A stretch of DNA of 64,000 nucleotides, from the NCBI GenBank assembly GCA_965285935.1, contig OZ260661.1, positions 18,786,001 to 18,850,000 on the forward strand, read 5' to 3'. The DNA is from Ophelia neglecta. Its lineage: Eukaryota. The notes beneath the pieces were generated by a model, which saw nothing but the letters and a program-made list of their open reading frames with translations, searched no databases and was not told the origin of the DNA. Numbering within the stretch: the stretch's first letter is position 1; every line of letters starts with the position of its first letter. The position numbers and the translations under genes were made by a program. Below, in pieces: positions 53,961 to 64,000 of the stretch.

Positions 53961-56900
53961 TTAGTATTGTTATTGGCCGCATCAAAATGGGTTGTGATTT
54001 TAACTCCTTGTAAACCCTCTGCAAATGCCCAGGGTCCAGGCATCTCAACCCATACAGGCCCCAGTGTACTCCCGAGAACGAGGGAAGACGTCTCAATCTT
54101 TGGCTTGGCCTCGACCAGCCCCTTTTCTTTCCTGACAACAACCTGAACAAGCAAACAGTGCAATTCAATTGGTAAAATCCACATAGAATACAAACTTGGA
54201 CACAATGATTTCTTCTCATCGGTTTGTTCCATGAATTTGGTAAGTTCCATATTGACTCGAAAACGTGAGACGTATTCATAGCCTAAATCGGTTGTTCTAG
54301 ATACAAAATACCTTATTAATAAATTTGATAATTAAATCAAAATTAGTATACATTAATGGTTCACGTGTCATGGTATGCAGAATATATATTGATTGGCTGA
54401 TTGATATACATGTTTATATAACTTGGAAGGTTTAATGTATCTTTCATTATTTAAAAACAATGAAATTACTCACGTCTTTGTCATCATTATCTTCTGAAAA
54501 ATCATAGATGCCCAATATTTCACCAGAGGTTCCTGCAACCATACAATCATTTTGCAAAAAAAGTTGGGCCAGTTAGAAAAGAGGATTATTTCTAGCACAG
54601 CAACCGTTTGATATCGTATTAAATTATGTAGTGAAGCGGAAAATGGTAGCAAAGAGAATTTAATAAGCAAATTACTAGTATTCGTAAAATGATGCTACTG
54701 AAATCATTATTCAACCAGCCCTAAAAGGTATCATTCAACTCACATAAGTCACAGCCAGTTGTCCCTTGCCTGATTCTCCTATGCGTGAAGACATAGTGCT
54801 GCTAGTGCTCTCTTCATCACTGCGCTCTTCCATCTTGACTCCTCTGTCTGCACTCGTCTGAAAGTAGCAATCGTCTCATTGGTAATCATTATGCCATTTC
54901 CAGATGTAGCTAATTTACAAACACTAGTTGGGGGTTGATACTTTTCCGCTGTTATCCGCCATTAAACTTTAGCTGAATATTGAATGTTTCTATTGAATCG
55001 ATTTAAACAAGATTTTTTCTCCTTCAATAACAATGGCCGGTATAGATCTACACCACAAGTCTTGGTTAATTTGCTGTATTGTCATTATTGAGCCTTCAGA
55101 ATCCAAATATATTACATATAATTGCAGGCCTAGACATTTGTGCCAAATTGTACATATAAATAAGGGAATGCAGGTCGATATTACAGACACTAGTGCAAAT
55201 TTATAAAACCACCCCCCACCCCCACCCCCTGCCACGAATCGGCTTTCTGGTCTGACCGAACAGATGCACCAAGTGGTACCCCGGGACACCCTTATTTGTG
55301 GGGTATGCCGTGTTTGCAGTGTTTCATCATTTCAATGCATCAAATCCCGTTGTTTAATTAAATGCACTTACTAATCATTTGTTGTCCTGGCCCCCCACAC
55401 CCGGGACTTACTATATGGGGGATTTACTGTTTTGGCTGGGGTAATTTGAGGGAGTTCCCTTCACCTTGGAGGAATGTCTACATTTTAAATTGGTGCATGT
55501 AGCTTCACAGCATGCAGCCTGGTTTGTGCACTGGCTACGCCTCAGCGTAGGCATTACTTGCCGGTACTGCTGTTCTTTGAGGATATATATATATACATAT
55601 ATACGATAATATAGTCTCCTGGGTGGGTAGGTGGGGACAACAAATGAATAGTTAGTGTATTAACTGATTAACGAGTGTTGAATTTCACTTTAAAATACCC
55701 AAAACAGGTTTTATTTTGGCCAATAGTGGCTAATATTTGGCATTCTATAGAGAAAAATCTTATTTGAAAAAGTTTTGCAGCTTTACGAAACAATATTATA
55801 GTAAATTATCTGATTCTAAATAATAAACGTTTCATCATTTATCGGCTACACTATAGGCTACGGATTTTGCAGCAATTTTTTTTATAAATTATCAGATTAT
55901 TGTATAGACCCATAGAATCTAAGTGTAAAATGTAATGCACAAAATTGACCAATTCACGATCAATACCTGCCTATACAGTATATATACTGCCTAGTTTTAT
56001 CACGTAGGGTCGCATATGATTTCTTTCAGGCCTTAGCAAATTAATTGATCAATAGTATTCGTAAAATGATGCTACTGAAATCATTTTTCAACCAGCCCTA
56101 AAAGGTATCATTCAACTCACATAAGTCACAGCCAGTTGTCCCTTGCCTGATTCACCTATGCATGAAGACATAGTGCTGCTAGTGCTCTCTTCATCACTGC
56201 GCTCTTCCATCTTGACTCCTCTGTCTGCACTCGTCTGAAAGTAGCAATCGTCTCATTGGTAATCATTATTCCATTTCCAGATGTAGCTAATTTACAAACA
56301 CTAGTTGGGGGTTGATACTTTTCCGCTGTTATCCGCTATTAAACTTTAGCTGATTATTGAATGTTTCTATTGAATCGATTTAAGCAAGATTTTTTCTCTT
56401 TCAATAAAAATGGCCGGTATAGATCTACACCACAAGTCTTGGTTAATTTGCTGTATTGTCATTATTGAGCCTTCAGAATCCAAATATATTACATATAATT
56501 GCAGGCCTAGACATTTGTGCCAAATTTTACATATAAGTAAGGGAATGCAGGTCGATATTACAGCTTTGCAGCTTTACGAAACAATATTATAGTGAATTAT
56601 CTGATTCTAAATAATAAACGTTTCATCATTTATCGGCTACACTATAGGCTACGGATTTTGCACCACATTTTTTATAATTTATCAGATTATTGAATAGACC
56701 CATAGAATCTAAGTGTAAAATGTGATGCACAAAATTGACCAATTCACGATCAATACCTGCCTATACATGGTAGTCACGCCCCTGAGGCCCCCTTGGCACA
56801 AGTATTAAAACATGGTTCTATTGTATTCCACTGCTTTACGGTTACGCTATCAGGCCATGGACTGTCAAATAAAGCACGTCTGTCACGGTGGTCGCACACA

Positions 56901-57498
56901 CAGAAAGATCACAACAAGCTGACAAACGGGCCCCTTGACATTTTCATGCGCGCCCACCAGATCAAGAAAGTAGGCCTACGCCTATTCTTGTATTCTTTTT
57001 ATCATAACCTGATAACTGGCCGAGTGCCTTGGCACCGCATATTTTACACACTACTGAACTGCCTTCTTCGTGGTCACAGGGTTGCCAAGTTCGCGGGAAA
57101 CTTTGCAGGCTTTTGGTCATTAGCAGGCATGCCAATTTGGCACAAGTTTTAATATGCCTGACCCTTGCTAAAACCTACCTGTCAGTTCATATCACTCGAT
57201 TCTTTCCTACGGTTTATGGTTTTATCAGTGATTATTCTACAAACATATAAAGAATTAAAGAAAAAAATTAAAGCCTACCTTAATTGAACACTAGGAACTG
57301 AACAGCTGAAACACGTCCTGAGCTGCTGAGATGCGGACACATACGGTAGGTTATAAATACGCCTACTCAGCTGATACTACGGCATGTGGCAGTGTGTACC
57401 AAGTCACCAGGTCACACGGAAGTTCCAAATATGTGGACGAGTTCAACTCCTTTCCTGGTAAATTTGGTCGCTGACCACATTGTCGAACGGCTCTTGAC

Positions 57499-59330
57499 TC
57501 GTGCCACCAGAAAAGGTACCTTAAGGGTCCAGACATGGAAAATGAGATTTTGTCAGAAATGAAATCTCCAGGTTTCACTGATTTCAAATATATATAGTTT
57601 ATGGGGTCTATTTAAATTTTCAGATGTAGAATTTGGATGATTTTTGAATGATGTTTGATCTCAATGATTGATTATTTCACTGCTTTGATTAATTTGGACT
57701 CCTGTACCCCTCTAGTACTGAATTTTGTGGCGGAATTTTCAATGAATATGAACATGTTTAATCAATTTGATATATCTTTGGCAATATTTGATCAAGACTT
57801 CTATTATTTTCCATGGGGACATCTAACACAGTAAGGATGTGAACAGTGACATCACAGAGGCCAACCTGCCTGGTTGCCATGGTAACCAAGGCCCAGAATA
57901 CTTAAAAGTCACATATTTTATTGTTTTAAGCTGATTTTTATTGTTTTATGTATTATTATTTATAAATATTTTACAGCAAATTTCAGAAATGTGTTTTTGG
58001 CAACAGTTAGGGTAGGAAAACACCTAGATGGGCACTAGAGGGTCTATACCATGAGGGCTGAAAGTAGAATGAGAAAGGAATTCTGCAAAGTGCCAGGAAA
58101 AGTCTGCAGTAATTCAAGAAATTTGCAATGAATATGCATATTCGTATAGTATACTGTATGTTCCTCCTGGTGTGGCAAATTAACATACTTTTACAGAACA
58201 TGCACCATTAGATGGGGCTTGAATACAGTGACATCACACAAGGCAACCCGCATGGTTGCCATGGCAACCAGGATCCAAATCCATAAAAATCACTAGTTTT
58301 GCAACAATTTTGCACAGAAAGCAATGTTATCTTAGTTCAGATGGCATTAAAAATGAAAACAATCACAAAATAAGTAGGAAAACATGCCTTATTGTTAAAT
58401 TTAATATGAGAAGTGGCAGTGGGGGCAGAGGCCAGAACTAGACTGCTCAGCCCTGAAAGTGGCTGGAATTTCTTTCAGGTTGTCATGGAGTATAATTAGA
58501 ATACCTATTGTGAATTTGTATATATATTTTTCTGCTGCTATGTTTCTGCTGGATGTATTTTACTGCAGGCTTGCCTAAAATGAGGTAAGCTATTGGAATT
58601 GAGAATAATGATATTGTCTACAATGAATTGTGTGGTTGTCATGGTAACCATGGCCATGCATCCCCGAAAATATATATCAGTTCCCTCTTTTTGGACCTAA
58701 CAGTTCTGTTTTCACAAGATTTAGCAAATCAGAAGGAGATATTGCCAAACAATATATACATTGTATTGGTTTATTTGACTGTGACCTAAGGCCTTGTGCC
58801 CGGATACATACATAAATACATTTAGTAAATGATGGTTACCACTTACATAGGGCTTGAGGTTTATAAATATCTGTAGTTACATGTATATAGCCTCTGACAG
58901 GTTTCACAAAATACATCTAGAGTCTATTCACCATTTTTTGAGAGAGTAAAAACTTTCACACATTTAATACAATGTCCACAAATGTAGTTTAAGGGGCTGG
59001 GCACATAACATCTTTGTTTGCTGATGCAAAGAATGGTCTCAGCTTGTGAAATCTGTATTCCTTCCTGTCTTGTGACAGGCCTCCTGGGTGAACAGTGGCT
59101 GGCTTGTCCTGAAGTAGGCGTTCAATTCTGGCATTCCTCTTCAGAAGGCGCCTAGTTACCGGTTCTGAATCCGGGCCTTGGCTACACAGAACAAAACCAG
59201 GTTCGATGTCAGGCCCGAAGGAAAAATGGTGATACGCTGTGATCCCTGAGAAAGACCATTAACAAGGGTTTAGAGAGAATCATTATGTCTCAAAAACGAA
59301 AGTTTTGAGACATACTGTTTTTGTCATTAT

Positions 59331-59362
<32 letters not shown>

Positions 59363-62300
59363 CTTCGGTGTTTTTTCGTAACAGTTTTCGGGGTGAAGAC
59401 ATGGTCCGGGGGCCCTGAAATTTTAGCGGTCCTCATGTCTTGGAAGACGTGAGCGAATCTCCCTCTGGCAAAAATTGGCGCCTAGCCAAAACGAAATGGC
59501 GGCCACTTTGTCGTTTTTTATACTTTTGCTGTCTTGACAAAACAGCTCAACGAATTTCCGCGAAACTCGCGTGAGACAAGCATATAGTTTGCCCGACCTC
59601 AGCCCTGAAAAAAAATGGCCGACGAAATTTAACCTTTGGAAATTAATTAAGATTTCATAATTCAAAGTTCAAACTGCATTAAGTAAACTAAGCAAAGAAA
59701 TGAATACATAAGCATGGATATAATGTATGCAAATCCTACTATATACAAATGTATTTATTCAAAAAGAAATTTCAATAATGAAAGGAATAAACAAACACAC
59801 TTTTCTGGATAATGCTTTAAATAAATATACACCTTTTAGAGGCAAAAAATACTTCTCCAGGAATGGCTTCCACAACTTCCAAGGGAAATCTCTCAAGATG
59901 ACTGCGCTGTTCCCCTTGTCACCATGAGCAGTGAAGCAGCTTTTTAGATCTTCCACCGTTTCAATATCATTGCTGCAAATCATTAAACATGTGATTTAGT
60001 GTGGACTAAACCTTCCGAATATATTTACTTTTTAATAATGATTATACTATTTAATGATTATACAGAGGGTTTCTTGTCAAACTGATGTTTAAAAGCTTTA
60101 AGGAAATACAGTGCTGTTTGTAATAATCATACTTTCTATACTTCCGTTTTCCCTGTCCAAAGCCTGCATCTACCAAACACCTAGTGTGCCCTGCAACCTG
60201 GAAATGCATGGACATCTTTCTATTCCTCCTCTGTAAATTTTTCATACACAAAAATGCCAGTGTGTATCTGTTCTTGTTTTGTCCTATAGAAATAGAGGGA
60301 TAAAAACCAATTACTCCCTTAGAAAGTGGCTGCATCCAGTACATGTACTGTACATGTACAGTACTGTCAGGATAAAAACATCATTTTTATGTTTTATAAA
60401 TGTAAACCAATTTATATTATATAATATTAAATATTAATTTATTAAGACAAAAAAGTATCACTGTACCATTTTCATTCATGTGTGACCTTATATTTCGCAA
60501 CTTCCTCTCTTTAATGTCATATGTTAGACAAAAAAAAGACTTGCAAATATCATCACCCTGAAAACTATAGCAATATCTGCTCCTTTTCTTTCCATTTGTT
60601 TTCTTCAAGGAGCTAGAAGTTAAAATGGAAAAGATGTTATTGCTATGTACTTATCGCTACAAATTAATACTACATTTCATGCCTCTTACTTTAACTACCG
60701 GGTATGTATGGTAACTGTTAACTGTTGAGACCTGCCATATGCCATATGCCATGGAACTTACCCACCTTAAAGAAATGTGATGTTAAAATACAATTCCTTC
60801 GTCTGTTTTATAAAATTGACGATTGTACTATTTATTTTTGGCTCAGTTGGTAACCTTAACTGTCAGTAGGCCATGCTAGCTTGGGACTGCATGTATTCCA
60901 ATAAACTGAACATTTAAAACATACCTTCGAGCCAGAAGAACACCCATGATTAAGGACTCCCTGTGTGATGCTGGTGCAGCCCGAAGATCCTCAACATGGT
61001 TAATAATAACTGACAGATCAGTCTTGTCAACGCATCTTTGTTTGCAACAGCCTTCAATTAAGAACATTGTCAAGGCTTTGTTAATAAAAGGGTAATAAAA
61101 AATAATTATTAATTTGTAGTCTGCAATATTTCCTAGTAGGAAGTAGTGAAATGTGCAATGCAATCATGTCTACAGGTTAGACAGTTATATGTAGGGACAT
61201 GGGTTGGCCCAAAAAAATTAAAATTGACTATTAAAAGATGAACACTACACGTAAACTATATTGAATGAGATTACCATTTACAAAGTCATGCTCTTAAATC
61301 CTTGTTTTTATAAACATAAAATAACAAATCAATCTAAATTACAGCTGATAACCTCACTACGGTAGTATGCCTTTACCTTTCTCTTTTAGCTTATTGTACA
61401 CAGCCTGCAACTCATCCCTGAGAAGATTCCCTTGGCTGCTTTGTGGTGGCTGGTCAAAAGTGACAGAATCTGCATCATGAGGCACTTCATCGTCATTTGC
61501 TTCTTCTTCAACCTCCTCGTCACTGTCCCATATATCAGTATCAGCATTCTCAGGAGAAAAAACCTATTTGAAAATTAAATTTTCAAAATATTGCTTTAAA
61601 ATGCCTATGGATTAAACAGAAAAAAATATTCTAGGGCAGTTTCCATGCTGAGAACAATTTAAAGTACATCTGCTGCGCCTGTATTATGAAGTTCTTCCCC
61701 TACGCCATTAACTTAGTACTGTACTCCAAAAGATTCCACACATAATTTGATAGCAATTAAGCTATTTCAACAGTGATATGTCCATAAACAGATAAATTAG
61801 ATAGGAATTTTCCTAAAATGGAGTGTAGATTGTCTTACTTCATCTGGAATGGCTTGGGAACCTATGGATGATTGGGAACTCTGACTCATTTCGGACACAT
61901 AGGTTATAGTTCTTTGCTCCAGGACTTCGTCTTCACTGGGGGTCTGTTCTTGTTCCCATGAGTAATCGTCATCTTGTAAATTACCTGATAATTTAAAGTA
62001 GAAAACATCATGCTGGACATTTACCTACCTGTGGCTGCTGATTGTCAGCAGAGGGACCTGCTTGCATTAATGGCTAGGTCCTATAGATATTATGAACACA
62101 AGGGAAAGATTTGTACTTAATTTGTGAAGAAATGAATCTGTTGTACTCACTGTCTTCAAGGTCTGTGATCTTCTGCAGAGCTGCCAACACTGCTCCTCTC
62201 TGTCTTGGCCTTACAAAGGTGGCCAAGTATTCGTCCAGGTCTGCATATTGTTCCTGGAATTACAGCATACAATTTGTTATCATATGGAATAATTCCAGAT

Positions 62301-63631
62301 AGCATGGCAAGCTAGCTGGTTTAGGCAATTTTTGCTGCTTTTGATTAATTTACCAAAATTTTATATATCTTGTGGGAACCGAGTTAAAAACTACTTAACA
62401 AAAGTATAGGCCTATAGTGGACACATACTTTGTCATACCGATCACGGCCTTCCTGCAGGGTTAGCCTGGACATCATTGAAAAACTGGGAAACTGGAAAAT
62501 AGTTGAAAATATGCATTATACATTTTTTTTATCTTAAATAGGAGGCTCTTCAAAAGAAGAAGGCACAAGAAAAAGAACACCCCCTCCCCCTCGACCACAT
62601 GCTGCAATAAAAACTGCATGATCATTGTGGCCTTACATAGATCTATGTTTTGGCATGCTGCATGTATCCCTGCCATAAGCTCATCATAAGCCTGACTTTA
62701 GACATTTTATCCATGGCAATGGTGATTTTGATACGACATAGCCCAAGTGACAGAAAAAGATTCACCAAATCAGACTGATGGTTCCAAAACATGAGAACCG
62801 TCAACGTCTGTCCGTCACTGGCCTAATATATTTGATAATCCTGATAAACTGATAAAACGAGCCCCCCCCCCTCCCCCCTCGGGGCCGGGAAGGTGCCATC
62901 GGCCCATTGCTGCATGAGCGATAATCAGATAGATATCTGTTTGGATTTTTCGCTTAATGAAGCAAATTCCATTTAATAACTAGGATCACGGCCACATCAC
63001 ATCATGTTTATCAAGTAAATTTCAACTAAACCACGCAAGTACACGCTATAAACTGATAAACTTCATGAATACGTATAACAGTATAGATCTAAGGTCCTAG
63101 ATCCCGGGTTACCGGTACCTAGCATGCTAGTGCATATTGGCCTACCAGGTTGCCGTATGTCCCAAGATGCATGAAATTGAAGTCAAAAGCGAAGAAAACC
63201 ATTTCAAAAATTATTTATTTATAGGCCTATGTATCTCCCCTTCACTAAATTCGGGTAGCAAACAAAATCACGGCCGAGGACCCCGCCGCCGCAAGGCCGC
63301 CCCAAGCGCCTGAGCACATGCATGTACGACATGAACAAAATGTAGGTCACAGAAGCACCTGCATCAAGACCTGCTGCGCGGGCTTACTCTGCCGAAATTA
63401 GACATGAATTTATAATAAATATATGATACCACTTACCTTTAACAGCTGTATAATCTATAAACCTGCTCCTATTCTATTAAATCTGAGAATAAACACCGAA
63501 ATTCTGCATAACACGCACTCGCAAACAACGACTTGCAAGTTTTGCCGCCACGAATTTCACTGCGTAGACAAAATGACGTCATACCGCAAAATGAGGTCAC
63601 AGAGCTTAAGGTACCTTTTCTGGCGACACGA
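57499..63631 (-). mobile_element. Sola-like transposon, copy 2, with internal deletion of the central transposase exons
   Basis: Same TIRs; sequence equivalent to 45893-47677 is missing at ~60348. Confidence 0.8.
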
Positions 63632-64000
63632 CAAAGAAATAATGACAAATATATCTGCATATATTTACTAGCCATTATTTCGAGATATTGTTAATTTTAA
63701 CAGCACGTGTTGCACCAACACAATTACCGAAATCTGAAGCACAAGCAAACAACATTTTTAGTAATTATTTTCTGAAGAAAAATGACAAGTTTGATTATCA
63801 TACATGATCCAATGTGGGGTAAAATTATTTATTACAGATACTTACTATTTTTCATCATCTTCATCATAATCAGCTAAATGCTTTTTCTTAGCCCTGGCCT
63901 TAGCCCTAGGCTTGGCAGCCTTGGGCTTACTAGTAGCTGTGGATTCAACAGGCTTCTCTGCCAAATCTTTTTCCGACGTCTTCATTTGAGCGATAGTCCT
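63631..64000. repeat. Start of tandem unit 3 (runs off the window)
   Basis: Same TIR|acaaagaaat junction; shares unit-2 variants (cagctaaatgc, ggcagcc). Confidence 0.95.

Larger units (their letters stand above)
51149..54833 (-). pseudogene. ParB/Srx-like gene, copy 2 (3'-truncated by the repeat junction)
   Basis: Retains YGLRCLDPGHLQRVYKELKSQPILMRPITIL|KVEDSIKRHINVVVD[G]NHRVAAINKIRDKY across the MITE; lacks 24 bp present in copy 1 at ~39290-39313. Confidence 0.65.
50935..63630. repeat. Tandem segmental repeat, unit 2 (12696 bp)
   Basis: Copy of unit 1 with a ~1.79-kb deletion and several smaller indels. Confidence 0.97.

Noticed and set aside
53777-54279. 157-aa and 131-aa ORFs as real proteins
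   Set aside because: They run from intron through pseudo-exon into MITE sequence; each holds only part of the true frame

Overview
AT-rich, intron-containing eukaryotic (animal-like) DNA made almost entirely of nested transposable elements; no intact conventional host gene is recognisable. From left to right: a degenerate ~27-bp minisatellite interrupted by MITE fragments (0.6-2.2 kb); a Helentron-type non-autonomous element (HINE) carrying a 308-bp tandem array (4.4-6.9 kb); a complete 15.2-kb PIF/Harbinger transposon (8503-23678, CAG TSD) with convergent spliced transposase and Myb/SANT genes, where transposase exon 2 is split by a TTA-TSD MITE and intron 3 holds a young full-length BEL/Pao LTR retrotransposon; a decayed L1/Tx1-type LINE (25-29 kb, minus); an assembly gap; a 9-bp-TSD MITE next to a LINE 3' remnant. 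From 36.7 kb to the end lies a head-to-tail array (units of 14.2 and 12.7 kb, third unit starting at 63631). Each unit couples a degraded multi-exon gene with a ParB/Srx-like domain to a ~7.9-kb Sola-like DDD transposon, and the unit junction falls at the transposon terminus. This ParB-like gene plus Sola-like amplicon is the most unusual element in the window. All calls come from manual reading and translation; no searches were run.
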